Under the pieces are notes generated by a model, which was given only the letters and a program-made list of their open reading frames with translations, was not told where the DNA came from and ran no database searches. Made by a program: the position numbers and the translations under genes. Below are positions 39,058 to 52,470 of a DNA stretch of 64,000 nt, piece after piece. Origin of the DNA: Octopus vulgaris (Eukaryota); NCBI GenBank assembly GCA_951406725.2, contig OX597816.1, positions 59,396,001 through 59,460,000 on the forward strand, in the 5' to 3' direction. The first letter of the stretch is position 1, and every line of letters starts with the position of its first letter.

Positions 39058-39753
39058 ATGTGGTCTGATCAATAAGTACCCGGACTGTTACCATAGAAAC
39101 GAAGCTAAAGTACGCGGCGTGAAGCTGCTTGACACAGATTGACCTTGAACACTGTTGTGCATGCGCACTAAATTTAAATCTTCTAGCTCACCTCCGCTGT
39201 TTACAGCAGTGCTTAGAAGGAAGGTGTGTAGCGCGTGATCGTCGCATTGACGATGACAAAGACAGCTGAGCAGAGAATCCGCATCAAATTTTGCCAAAAG
39301 CTTGGTGATACCTTCTCAGAGGTCTACGCAAAGTTTTTAAAGTTTTTAAAGAGTTTTCATCGTTCTCGACACAATCAAGGAGATCTTGTGCAGCTGAAAC
39401 CTGTGTGTCTTTTTGGTCAGCTGAAAGCAGTTTTGACACAAACTTGGCAAACAAGCGTCTCATACCCAACCCTTCAGTGATAATGGACTGGACTCAACTG
39501 TAACTAACCTGTACATCTTCTGACAACTTACGGATGATGATTCGACGATTTCCCCTCACAGCTGCACACACATCTGCAATGTTTTTTCTCAGTTCTGCTG
39601 GTTGCTTGCCTCACAGAACGTTCATCAACATCGACATTTTTTTCGGCCATTTTGGAAACATCAGAACCACTCGTACACTTGTGTGTGGCTCATACACACC
39701 TCTCCATAGACTTTCTGCAACTTTGCATAGGCGTCTGAGCAGCTATCGCCATG
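39058..39753. mobile_element. Mariner-derived non-autonomous element made of two inverted 5' ends, copy 1 (truncated)
   Basis: TIR tgtggtctgatcaataagtacccggactgtt. MTKTAEQRIRIKFCQKLG on +, then LGMRRLFAKFVSKLL on -. Confidence 0.85.
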
Positions 39754-39769
39754 AAAACTTTCTCTTATC

Positions 39770-40080
39770 TAATCGACCCCGAAAGGATGAAAGGCAAAGT
39801 CGACATCGACGGAATTTGAACTCAGAACGTAGCAGCAGACGAAATACCTATTTCTTTACTACCCACAAGTGGCTAAACACAGAGAGGACAAACATAGACA
39901 GACAAACGGATTAAGTCGATTATATCGACCCCAGTGCGTAACTGGTACTTATTTAATCGACTCCGAAAGGACGAAAGGCTAAGTCGACCTCAGTGGAATT
40001 TGAACTCAGAGCGTAGCGGCAGACGAAATACCGCTAAGCATTTCGCCCGGCGTGCTTACGTTTCTGCCAGTTCGTCGCCT
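39770..40080 (-). mobile_element. Dimeric tRNA-SINE family B
   Basis: Same internal junction as 16593-16998. Confidence 0.85.
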
Positions 40081-41338
40081 TGGAACAAGTAATAATCTAA
40101 TGATTCAATGATGGTGATGATGCTGATGACGATGTTAACGATAATGAAGATGATTGCAGTAGGAGGGTTGTGGAACTAGCTCAAGGTTGTAAGCAGCAAG
40201 TGTTGAGAGGAAGTGGGTGAGATCAAGGAAAGAAGTAGTAGTCATCTTGGGGAAGTGTGTTTCCGAGTTGTTTAGGATGTAATGGGTGCCTGTAGAGGAA
40301 GTAATGGCTAAATGGTTAAGAAGCCCGCTTCGCAACAACGTGGCAGGCCCCGGGTTCAATCCCACTACGTCGCATCTTGGGCAAATGTCATTTACGTTGT
40401 AAATGAAATTTACTAGACAGAAATTGTATAGTGTCCAGTGGGATCGAACGCACGTCGTTAAGACTGTGAAGCGAACTGCTTAACCACTCAACCATACTCA
40501 CCGCGAAGAAAAGAAAACTAGGAAAAAAATTAATATAATTCCGTATAAATAGAATAATATTAAATTTTCAGGACTTATCGCTGTTCTATGGGGTTTATAG
40601 AAAAAAGAAAATACTGGCATTCCGTTGGTTATGACGACGAGGGTTCCAGTTGATCCGATTAACGGAACGTCCTGCTTATGGAATTAACGTGCAAATAGCT
40701 GATTGCGCCACAAACGGGCGTACCTTAACGTAGTTCTCGGGGAGATTCAGTGCAACACAGAACGTGATAAGGATGACCCTTTGAATTATAGGTACTGTTC
40801 ATTTTTGCCAGCTGAGTGTATTAGAGCAACGTGAAATAGAGTGTCTTGCTCAAGGATAGAATGCGCGGCCATGAATCGAACTCATAACCTTACGATCGTC
40901 AGCCGAATACTCCCAATCGTTAAGGCAGACGCTCACAGCAGAAATATGGTACATGGCACAGGTGGTACTCATTTTCCAGTGACAGCTACACACGTTGGGG
41001 AGAATAGAGCTTCGGTCACGTGGTTCTATACTAAATAGTAATTTAACCTTTCATTATCTGACAGTTTTTGTGTCTGTCAGACGCGTGATTAGCCAAACGG
41101 TTTCTCTTCGCTGCAAAAAGGGCATCCGGTAAAGAGAGAAAATTAATTATGGATAGAAATGCTCGTTTCTCGCCTTAATTTAATATTCAAAAGGCTTATT
41201 AACTCATTAACAACAGTTCTATAATTAAAATAACGTGACAAGAGACTTTTTTATGTGTTCGTTGTATGTGATGCATTTCCGCTTTACGCCGTCTGCACGA
41301 CTGCGCACTGAGGTTCTTTTCTATTTGTTTCTACACAC

Positions 41339-41388
<50 letters not shown>

Positions 41389-41459
41389 AGACACACACAC
41401 ACATATATATGTATACCTGCATGTATGTATGTATGTATGTATGTATGTATGTATGTATG

Positions 41460-41490
<31 letters not shown>

Positions 41491-41594
41491 TATACTAGCG
41501 TATCTATTCTTAATACGTTCTTACAGATTCGAACGCGAATATCCTAATCACTGTTTTGTGTTTTATTGTCAAGAAAGAACATCTCCCTTTACAC

Positions 41595-41822
41595 CAGTGG
41601 TTCCCAACTAACCATCACAAACATAGACCTTTTTCTGAAGCAAATTCAAACCAACTGTATTTCACAAATAAAACTTAACCTAATGAACCCATTATTTTGT
41701 TGTTTTCACATGAATTCCACTCCCCCCCCCATTATAACCCCAATTTTCCTCAACACCGTCTTGGAACTATCCACCGCCCCCCCCCCCAACAGGAGCAATA
41801 CCGCCCACTTTGAGAACCACTA
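41595..41822 (-). mobile_element. hAT (Charlie-like) MITE with 8-bp TSD
   Basis: TIRs cagtggttcccaa / ttgagaaccacta. TSD ctttacac / ctttagac. Confidence 0.88.
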
Positions 41823-42084
41823 CTTTAGACGATGTTTCTTCATAATGCAGACAATTCATTGATGCAAGGGGACTTTGAGATACCCCACCGTTTCGACTTT
41901 GTTGTGTCTACTCAGTCAAAGTCACCTCTCGGACTGCTAGGTCTGACAAGAGCACGAGCTATTGTTTACGGTGATCAACAAATTGTTTCTTGATATGCGC
42001 AGATGTCTGCCAAAGAGATCATAATTTATTGGGTGCACACAAAACAGAGAGAGAATACAAACGAAACCATAGGTATGTATATCC

Positions 42085-42190
42085 TTATTCAGTTTATTTC
42101 AATATTTCTTACCAAGAAAGAACCGGTTTCTAACCTATATCCATGGTTCCTTCATTGGAATTTCAACATCAATAACAGAGTATTTTTTTC
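42085..42190 (-). mobile_element. PLE-like tail repeat next to (TATG)n; twin at about 58280-58382
   Basis: Shared aaccggtttctaaccta.atcca.gg..ctt.attggaatttcaa.atcaa. Hammerhead-like CCAAUGAA...GAAAC-CG-GUU on the minus strand. Confidence 0.5.
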
Positions 42191-42636
42191 TATGTATGTA
42201 TGTATGTATGTATGTATGTATGTATGTATGTATGTATGTATGTATGTATGTATGTATGCATGCATGTTTGCATGTATGTATGTATGTATGTATGTATGTA
42301 TGTATGTATGTATGTATGTATGCATGCATGCATGCATGTATGTATGTATGTATGTATGCATGTATGTATGTATGTATGTATGTATGTATGTATGTATGTA
42401 TGTATGTATGTATGTATGTATGTATGTAGGTAGGTAGGTGTGTATGCATATATGTATGTGCAGATTTGTATGTTTTATGTATGTATGTACGTATGTATGT
42501 TTTTATGCATATATATGTATACATGTGCATGCATGTAGGTATGTGTATGTGTATATACATATAAATATATATACATACACACATACACATACGCACATAT
42601 AAAACAAAAGAGGGGTGTATTTACACGCAGGAAAAA

Positions 42637-42698
42637 ATATAGGCAAAGTTGTTGTTGAAAATGCACCTAATTTAGGTGCATTTTCAACAACAATTTTG

Positions 42699-42705
<7 letters not shown>
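42637..42705. repeat. 69-bp palindrome
   Basis: atataggcaaagttgttgttgaaaatgcacctaa-t-ttaggtgcattttcaacaacaattttgcctatat, 34-bp arms with one mismatch. Confidence 0.92.
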
Positions 42706-42796
<91 letters not shown>

Positions 42797-43165
42797 TATA
42801 CATATATATATATGTATATATAAATATGCACGTGTATATGTAGGTATGAACGTATATATATATATATATATATTTGCACGTATATATGTATGTACTATGA
42901 CAGCTACACACAGCTTATAATAATTCTGCCTGTCATTACGTTGCTTAGCCTGTCGGTAACGCTTTCATGTGATTAGAGAAAAAGAGGGAGAAAGAAAAGA
43001 GGGAGAGAGAAAAAACAGAGAGAAACGTCCATGACATGTGGTAGGGGGAACGTAATATTTGTTACGTGATTAAAAAAGTTAGTTGAAGGTAGTGATATAG
43101 AGGAGAGTTAAGAATATAATTTTAGCAGAGGGGTGATGTTCTGATGGCGAGATTAAAGAAAGGCA

Positions 43166-43232
<67 letters not shown>

Positions 43233-43318
43233 GATGATGTTGGTGGAGGCGGTGATGATGAGTGAAAAGCATTTTTTAAAATTGAACTAAGTTTTTTATA
43301 TCACCTATCACTTATCGC

Positions 43319-43597
43319 ATGCACATCGCCAGCTTGCCATTCACTTTAGAAAGAAACCAGTTTCCCGTTTGCCTGTCATATGCAATGACTACCAATAAAT
43401 CACAAGGGCAGACATTTGATAAAGTGGGACTGTTCTTGCCTGAACCTGTATTAGGCCATGGTCAGCTATGTGTTGCATTCTCAAGGGCTCGCAAATTATC
43501 TGACGTGAGAGTTAAAGTCATCAACACTGACAAACAGGGGAAAAGAAGAGGGAGAACTTAGACGAAGACCATAGTCTGCAAAGAAGTATTGAATTGA
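43319..43597 (+). pseudogene. PIF1-family helicase C-terminus, probably a Helitron RepHel remnant
   Basis: LPFTLERNQFPVCLSYAMTTNKSQGQTFDKVGLFLPEPVLGHGQLCVAFSR (helicase motifs V and VI), then a stop and TKTIVCKEVL. Confidence 0.88.
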
Positions 43598-44965
43598 AAG
43601 GTGAACAGAAATTGAAATGTGTATTGGCTCTGACCCATCGCCTTGGCTTATAAGTTACTGACGATGTGGTTATCAGAGTATGCCATGCTGCAATAAATTT
43701 TTACCCCCATTAAATTGTGACCATGTAAATTTTAAAATGTAATTTTTTCTCTTTATGGGGGAAATGGAAAAATAAGAGTATTTATTTTTTTGAGTGCTAT
43801 GTATTAAGTCTATAAAATTGTGCATAAAGTATATAAGGTGTATATATAAAGTGCATTAAGTAATCATCATATTCCAATTTCCTTCACTTTTCAATGAAAA
43901 AACAGACGAGCGACTATCTTGCAATACAGACACAACACAGGCGACGCTTTCAGACTTTTTGGATGAAGTTTTCAGGAATAACCCAACAGGTTTACTATTA
44001 ATTCCGTGAAATATTCACGAGGCCCGGTGGTTACTATTAATGTGGTAAAACCAAAAACTGAACACGTGATTTCTTGAAAAGTCGTCTACGTACATTAACT
44101 TTTTCGATTCAACGAAAGAAGCTTCTATGAGGTTACTCACCTGCTAGAAATAGCAGACAAATTTTGAACCATTAGCTTACCGCCAAAAAAAAAACGGATG
44201 GACTCATAAGATAATGTAATTCAGGATGTGTTGCTACGTGAATTTAGCCGGCATGCAGGGAATATGTTTGAGTTTAAGATTAGGGAATTAGAGCTGTCCC
44301 GTGGCGAAACAACAACACCAGTAACAATAGCGTGTAAGTGGCTGAGCCCTCCACAAACACGCGTACTTTTAACGTCGTTCTCAGGGATATTCAGCGTGAC
44401 ACACAATGTGACAAGGCTGGCCCCTTGAATTACAGGTGCAGCTCACTTTTGCCAGTTGCGTGGACAGGAGCAACATGAAATAAAGTGTCTTGCTCAAGGA
44501 CACAACGCGCCGCCAGGAATGGAACTCACAACCTTACGATCGTGAAGTGAATACCCTAGCCACTAAGCTACGCACCTTCACAACAGCAGCAGCAACAACA
44601 GCAACAACAGCAACAGTTACAGCAACAACAGTGGTTTCCTCAAGCGCCAAAGTAATTTATCCTTATACAAACACCTGTTGAGATATCGGTAAAGATAGCG
44701 TTCTGTTTATCTCCCACTCGACATAGTAATTGACCTAACTCCTTTATCTCTCGCTATCAGAGGCGACGAACCCTCTAAATATATTGGAAGGCCCCATTGA
44801 ACTTAACTATCATTTGACAAGGTCGAATTCAAATAAAAATTATACTGCTCAATCTATTATTTCAAATAGATATAATTGTTCGGAAAATAAATTCAATATT
44901 TTGTTTTGGGATTTGGTTTGCAAGATTCTTTGTGTGAATTCGTGTGTTGAAGCAAATTTTCTTGT

Positions 44966-45146
44966 TGTCTGGGGAGAGTCATTCTCTTTTAGTGCCTTAT
45001 TATTTTACGCACACACCGGTTCGATTTCCACTCATTTACTTATTTTTATTTATTTAGCTTTTCTATAAATAAGTAAATGAATGGAAATCGAACCGGTGGG
45101 TGTGTTAAGTAATAAGGCACTAAAAGAGAATGATTCTCCCCAGACA
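44966..45146. repeat. 80-bp inverted repeat (44966-45045 / 45067-45146)
   Basis: tgtctggggagagtcattctcttttagtgccttatta... paired with ...taataaggcactaaaagagaatgattctccccagaca. Confidence 0.85.
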
Positions 45147-45429
45147 CAATAAATTCAATATGTTTTTTTTTTAAATAGCACTTTTGCAATTGCCACTTTT
45201 ATCGTAACTTTAAAACATAAGTATTTTCCAGATTAAGGTGGTGCTCCAGCACGGCCGCAGTCAAATGACTGAAACAAGTAAAAGAATAAAAGAATACCTA
45301 TTTTAAGTACCATTGTAGTTTATGTATGTTCTATTCTGTTTTTAATTATTTGAATTCATCTTCTGAATAAGGGTCCTGTTTCTAACGAAGATACAAAGCT
45401 GCTGGAATGTAAATAACAAAAAACAAATC

Positions 45430-45830
45430 CACATTTTAAACTTGAGAAAAGTCTTGCATATTTTTACTGTTCCACTTACAAAGATTGTATTTGTAGTGTG
45501 CATAGAGGCATATATATTTTATTTTGGCTTTTCTGAAAATCTTGGCTTATACAGATTGTCACGTAGGCATTTACACACAAATCCAAGTGCTCCGGTTATT
45601 ACTGGTATAAATGTGAACTTATAGTCTGGATATAGGAACTGGAGGTTTCGAAACAGTTGCCCATGGTTATTCTTTTTCTTTTTGGCTACCAAAGAGATAT
45701 TCACGTCTGTAGAGCAGCTGACCTCTATAACGCTGCATACCTTTTATTGTCGGTCTCAAACAACAATATCTGGCCGGTTATACTTACACTTGGCAGAAGT
45801 TTTGATGGGAATGTTCCACCAATATGTGTG
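45430..45830 (-). mobile_element. R4-like RLE LINE 3' fragment
   Basis: LFRNLQFLYPDYKFTFIPVITGALG and VSGTVKICKTF. Same family as 59735-60435. Confidence 0.75.
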
Positions 45831-46190
45831 TGTGTGCGTTAAAGCTTAATTTTATGTTCTATTATATGTAGTAAAAACATTTTTACATTAATCTGAAGGG
45901 TTATTCTATGCTACACACACACACGCACACTCACACACACACACACACACACACACATACATCCACACACATGTATTCTCTTATTCATTTCTTCTTTTAT
46001 TTGTTTCAATCATTTGACTGCGGCCATACTGGAGCACTGCCTTTAGTCGAACTAATAGAACCCAGGACTTACTCTTTGTAAGCCTAGTACTTATTCTATC
46101 GGTCTCTTTTGCCGAGCTGCTAGGTTATGAGGACGTAAACACACCAGCATCGGTTGTCAAGCGAAGTTGGTGGGGACAAACACAGACACA

Positions 46191-46258
<68 letters not shown>

Positions 46259-46950
46259 CACACATACATGTACATGCCTACATATATTTCATATATACAT
46301 GGATATGGGTACAGGACGTCAAAAAAAAAAACGTGAACAAAATGAGAAACGAGAGAGGCAACATAAGGAACATTCCCTTCATCAGTTGTCTCCTGTTTTA
46401 TCTGCTCCACGTTTCGAAGGTAGGGACAAGTCGCGACTTCGTTAAAACAGTCCTTCCCGTCGACGAGCTTCTTTAAGTTTCCGTCTCCCAAATCCACTCA
46501 CAAGCTTTGGCCCGCTTGAGGCTATAGTAGAAGACACTTGCCCAAGGTGCCACACAGTGGGACTGAACCCCATACAATGTGGTTGGGAAGCAAGCTACTT
46601 ACCACACTTCCACACCTGCTGGGCAAGTGTCTTCTGCTATAGCCCCGGGCCGACCAATGCCTTGTGAGTGGATTTGGTAGACGGAAACTGAAAGAAGCCT
46701 GTCGTATATATGTATATATGTGTGTATGTGTGTGTGTTTGTGTGTGTGTGTCTGTCCCCCTAGCATTGCTTGACAACCGATGCTGGTGTGTTTACGTCCC
46801 CGTCACTCAGCGGTTCGGCAAAAGAGACCGATAGAATAAGTACTGGGCTTACAAAGAATAAGTCCCGGGGTCGATTTGCTCGACGAAAGGCGGTGCTCCA
46901 GCATGGCCGCAGTCAAATGACTGAAACAAGTAAAAGAGTAAAGAGTAAGA

Positions 46951-47020
<70 letters not shown>

Positions 47021-47154
47021 GTATGTATATATACATATATATAAAATGTTCCTTTCTATTGAAGGGCGTAGGCTCGAAACGTAAAAGGGTTTCTCACCTT
47101 CCCGAGCGTCAAATTAATACACCTATCTTCATATTTTGTTTTTCTGCAAATTTC

Positions 47155-47207
<53 letters not shown>

Positions 47208-47251
47208 TGTATGTATGTATGTATATATATATGTATATATATATGTATGTA

Positions 47252-47303
<52 letters not shown>

Positions 47304-47408
47304 CACATATATATATGAATACATACATAAATATATTTATATATATATACATACATACATATATATATATACATATATATACATATATATATATATACAT
47401 ACATACAT

Positions 47409-47468
<60 letters not shown>

Positions 47469-47785
47469 GTATATATTCACACACACGCATACACACACAT
47501 ATCCCCCTTGCACACGCATGTACAGACAGATCCAAAATATTCACATTTCTCAAGTCAAAGTTCGCACGAGTAATTTCTCTTCTGACGTCAGAGATTCCAC
47601 ACTTTTTCTTCCTCCCCCTTTTTTCTTCCTCCCTCTGTCTTTGTCTAAAACTTTTAATGCCTCATCCTGTAAACCGCTTGATATAGGAGACTTCTACGTG
47701 ACTGCTCGATCTGGTAAAATAGCAGACAAATCCCGCTCACATCATATCCTACCAGCTTAAACACATAAGTACATTATCCAATATA

Positions 47786-48783
47786 CAGGATATCCATAAA
47801 GTCTCTTTACAATTTCAAATATTTATTACCAAAGCAAATAAATAGATAAATCGGTGGAAATTATCGCAAAATGAAGAGTAGATATTAATGATTTTTTTGC
47901 CTCATTTAATACATCTCTACATGGGCACTATTAATTGCATGAAGCACATCAAGACAGTAATCGATTGCTTGCCATATTTGCTGTAGCGTGGAGTTTCCAA
48001 TGGTGGCAATAGCATCAGGGATCCTTTGCTTTAAGTCGTCGATGTCCCGTATCTTTGTTCGATACACGATGTCTTTAACATAATCCCGTAGAAAAAAGCC
48101 CCGGGGAGTGATATCCGGGGAACGAGGTGGCCAGGAAATTGGATCATCCCTTCCAATCCACCGGTCTGGAAATGTTTGACTTAGGAAGCCACGAACATGC
48201 AGTCCGCAATGTGGTGGTGCACCATAATGCTGGAAAATGATGGTTGGTTGATGGTCATGCAGTTGTGGTGCCACATATTCAGTCAAATGGTCAAGTTAAT
48301 CATTTGAAGTAATTGATCTCGCTGTGAAGGAAAATGGACCACTGATTCGATTGTACATCATTCCACACCAAACATTCATCTTTGGACTATTTCGGTGAAG
48401 TTCCCTATTGACATGGGGGTGTTCTGATCCCCAGATCCTCACATTATGTATGTTCAGTTTCCTTGAAACATAAAAGATTGTCTCCTCACTAAAACAAACT
48501 CGGATGAGGAACGCTGCATCCTCAGAAATTCGTTCCAACATTTTAGCTGCAAACTCGTTTCGTCTTCGTTTCTCATTTGGTTTGAGCGACAGTAAGAGTT
48601 GCACTTTGTAAGCGTACACTCGCACGTTCTTGTGTAGGACTTTGTGCACTGTGGAACATGGTAGCTGTAACTGTCTAACAACAGTACGTATGGACTTTGT
48701 AGGAGAACCAGTAAAGGCTTGTCTTACACGATCGATGTTTTCCTCATATTTTTTTTAATTGTTGAGACTTTATGGGCACTCTG
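47786..48783 (-). mobile_element. Decayed Tc1/mariner of the DD41D (rosa-type) group
   Basis: TA-flanked TIRs caggatatccataaagtctc / gagactttatgggcactctg. Motifs CFSEE, N.HNVRIWG, QHYGAPPH and WPPRSPDITPRGFF, with 41 residues between the (mutated) second and third acidic positions. Confidence 0.88.
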
Positions 48784-49309
48784 TATTTCTGGGCACATTA
48801 TCTGAAAATAAGGAGAGGTGGTCTTGAATAGAACATTTTTATCACACGCCCTCTTGATTAGAACTAATCCGGAGTTAAATCGCAACAACTATTTTTTTGA
48901 CATTTCTTTACGATCCAACGAAGGAAGCTTTGCTCTATAATCGATCTGCTACAAATAACAGCAAAACTTTCTACGTGTCATACGCTGATGTCTTAAATAA
49001 GAAAGATACACCAGACTGTGCAGTTGCTTACATAAAACAGTAAGGATGGTCACAGCTGGAACTGATAGATAAAATCACTAGTTATGAGGAGAAATATAAT
49101 GTTTCGGACGTTTAGCTTTCGTCAAATAGTAAATAAGATAGAGACACAGGTAGAGCGACATTCTAATTTTGGCTGTAAACTAGCAAAAAAGTATTTAAAC
49201 TTTTATTCCAATTTTTTTTTCCTCGTTTGATTGAATATCATTGCTTACGTTTTTTTTTACCTCCTTTTGTCCTTTCTTTTACTCCTCTTTTCGTCTTTCA
49301 TCTCGTCTT

Positions 49310-50513
49310 TACGAGAGTTGTACCGAAGGTACTAGAAAAAAGGACATACACTTTCCATCAACTGATATGGGTCTTTCAAATTGCACGTGTTGATAGAGCG
49401 ACTCTTTTCTATTGGAGTCTAGGAACTTATTGAGTTTTTGATGATGGAGGGCTGCAGTCTGTCCGACATTTACAGATGTTTACAGGTTGCCTACTGAGGT
49501 GATAAGTATTCACAAAAGCAATGGTACGCAGATGGATGAAGAGTGTTAAAGAAGGAGAAACCAGCATCGAAGACAAACAATGCAGTGAGAGACCATCAAC
49601 TACAACCACTGACACGAATCTCTGGCGAGCAGACGAATTGATTCGTGCGAACAGACGACTTACAATCTGCGAGTTTGTTGCATAACTGGGCAGAATAATT
49701 ACAGAAGACGGTGGAAGATTTTGGATAGAAGAAGCAGTGTGCAAAGTGGGCACCTTGGCAAGTTGACACCCGATTTGAAGGAGGATATGTGGGAATCTGT
49801 TCTGCTAGAAACGTTTGCAGTGAATGAAGACACGTTTTTTGATCCGGTGACTGAGGTTGAAAAGTGAGCGTATCATTATGATCGAGAAAGGAAAATTCAG
49901 TCCGTTGAACGACGTCACATCGCCAAAGGTTAAGAAGTTCAAAAGACAGCGATCAGAATAAAATGTCATGATAGCTATGGTGGATGATAAGAGCGTCATT
50001 TTCCGGGATTTTCTAGAACGTGACTGTACTGTGAACAGCGAACTATATACACAGAGACACTAAAACCGCTTTGAGATGTTATTAGGAGCAACCACAATCT
50101 GAAAACAATCGATATTGACCATGACAATGAGTGACCACAGATACATTTTTGATAACAAATAAGGCAATTGGGTGGGTTAGTGGCCCCTATCAACCATAAA
50201 GCCCGGATCTGGTACCCGACGGCTTCTACCTGTTTGGTCGAATGAGGAGCAGTGTTCGGAGACAATGATTTGAGGACATAGACGGGGTAGAAATGTTGGT
50301 GAAGAAGTGGTTAAAACAGTGTACACCTGAATTTTGTCAAAAGTGGATTCGAGGGTTTGGTTCAAAGATGGCGCAAATGCATCGCTTGTTATGAAGATCT
50401 TATTGAATATTAAGTAGTAGGGTAACATTGAGAAGGGGAAAAGTTAGTCTGTGTAATTTAAGTGACCTACATCAGTCAATTAAATAGTCAGGCCAACTTT
50501 TGAATGGCTTTCG
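49310..50513 (+). mobile_element. Highly decayed mariner
   Basis: Frameshifted fragments RWMKSVKEGETSIEDKQCSERPST...DELIRANRRLTI, VTEVE and PDLVPDGFYLF. Length about 1.2 kb; TIRs eroded. Confidence 0.75.
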
Positions 50514-50696
50514 AGACAAACCCTTATATAACATTTGTTTTACACCCCTCCTCCTCTACCTCTCCCCCCTCCTCCTCTTCCACTACCTCCTCCTCTTGCT
50601 CCTCCTGCTCTTCCTCTGTTGAAAGACGTTTGTCACTTTAACATAACTTAAAATACAATTTAGAAGTATTGTACTCTATCTTCTTTTTCTATCTAC

Positions 50697-50729
<33 letters not shown>

Positions 50730-50888
50730 CCATAAGCCATGTTGATGTTGCTTTTGTTGTTGTCGCTGTTGTTGCCCTTCTTTTTCTTCATCTTCTTCTT
50801 CTTCTTCTTCTTCTTCTTCTCTTTCTCTTTTACTACTCTTATTTTAAACGACTCAACCAACTTCTCTTTATTTCTTTTACGACAACAT

Positions 50889-50924
<36 letters not shown>

Positions 50925-51444
50925 TTGACCAAACCTGTCAAACTACATAACGTGAACCAGTAAAACTTGGTCTTCTGAATAATAGACTTCTCAATGTTTG
51001 TTTGGAACCAATAAAATTCCTTTACGCTTCTGTAAAAGCGTAAACATCACACCATCACATTTCTTTCCTTCTCTGTATAATATCAGACTCAACGAGCAAG
51101 GAGTGGCGTCTCTAGGATAAATCAATAACGTCTCAATAAAGATGAACAATGATGGCCTGGTGAGCAGAGACATGCAAAACACCCATGGGTGCCATAGATC
51201 TCTCAGACTTTGGTTACTTCGCCCCATTTCGCCCCACATTCTATCTGATCCTATGGGTCGATGTTAGAAATTAGCGTAATTTTTATTCTACTTTATCTTT
51301 ATTTTTTTTGAGTCCCGGCACTCCGTCGGTTACGACGACTGGTGTCACAGCTGAGCCGATCAACGTGAAATTAATGTGCACTCCGTAAACATGCATACCC
51401 TTAATGTAGCTTTCAGTGGGGTTCAGGGTGACACGGAATGTGTC

Positions 51445-51603
51445 AGGGCTGAGCATTTGCATCCAGGCCTCAAACCCATATCTCCAGAAAGACATTCAGC
51501 ACCTGGAATGGGTTCAGCGCTTAGCCACCCATTGGTCGCGGGCTTGTCTAAACTTATGTATGAGGAACATCTCCAACAGCTGGCATTAGCTTCACTCGAA
51601 CGT
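51445..51603 (+). mobile_element. CR1-group LINE fragment
   Basis: NPYLQKDIQHLEWVQRLAT, then (frameshift) GLSKLMYEEHLQQLALASLER. Confidence 0.7.
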
Positions 51604-51657
51604 GCTTGTGAATGGTTGATGGATTGGATGTGGTACGGAAGAAGACGCAAGATTGAA

Positions 51658-52470
51658 GTCTGATCAATAAGTATCCAGACTGTTGCCGTATTCACATTAA
51701 GTTTTAACGTTCTAGCTTCTTTCCACTGTTTACAGCAGTGCTTGGAAGGAAGGTGTGTAGTGTATGATTGTCGCATTGACCATGACAGAGATAGCTGCTC
51801 AGACGCCTACGCAAAGTTGCAGAAAGTCTATGGAGAGGAGCATATGAGCCACACACAAGTGTATGAGTGGTTCTGATGTTTCCAAGATGGCCGAAAAAAT
51901 GTCGATGTTGATGAACGTTCTGTGAGACCAGCAACCAGCAGAACTGAGGAAAAACATCTCAGATGTGTGTGCAGCTGTGAGGGGAAATCGCCGAATCATC
52001 ATCCGTGAGTTATCAGAGGATGTACAGGTTAGTTACAGTTGAGTTCAGTCCATTATCACTGAAGGTTTGGGTATGAGAAGCTTGTTTGCCAAGTTTGTGT
52101 CAAAACTGCTTTCAGTTGACCAAAAAGACACTCGGGTTTCAGTTGCACATGATTTCCTTGATTGTGTCGAAAACGATGGAAACTCTTTAAAAACTTTGCG
52201 TAGACCTCTGAGCAGGTATCACCAAGCTTTTGGCAAAATTTGATGCAGATTCTCTGCTCAACTGTCTTTGTCATCGTCAATGCGACGACCACACGCTACA
52301 CACCTTCCTTCTAAGCACTGCTGTAAAAAGCGGAAGTGAGCTAGAACGTTAAAAAACGTTGCGTGTATGCACAGCAGAATTCAAAGTCAATCTGTGCCAA
52401 GCGGCTTCACTCTACGTATTTTAGCTTCGTTTCTATGGTAACAGTCCGGATACTTATTGATCAGACCACA
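51658..52470. mobile_element. Mariner-derived non-autonomous element made of two inverted 5' ends, copy 2 (both TIRs)
   Basis: TIRs gtctgatcaataagtatccagactgtt / aacagtccggatacttattgatcagaccaca-TA. The transposase N-terminus reads inward from both ends. Confidence 0.88.

Noticed and set aside
43319-43561. Host PIF1 helicase gene
   Set aside because: It is an isolated C-terminal piece with motif substitutions and a premature stop, matching Helitron-type decay.
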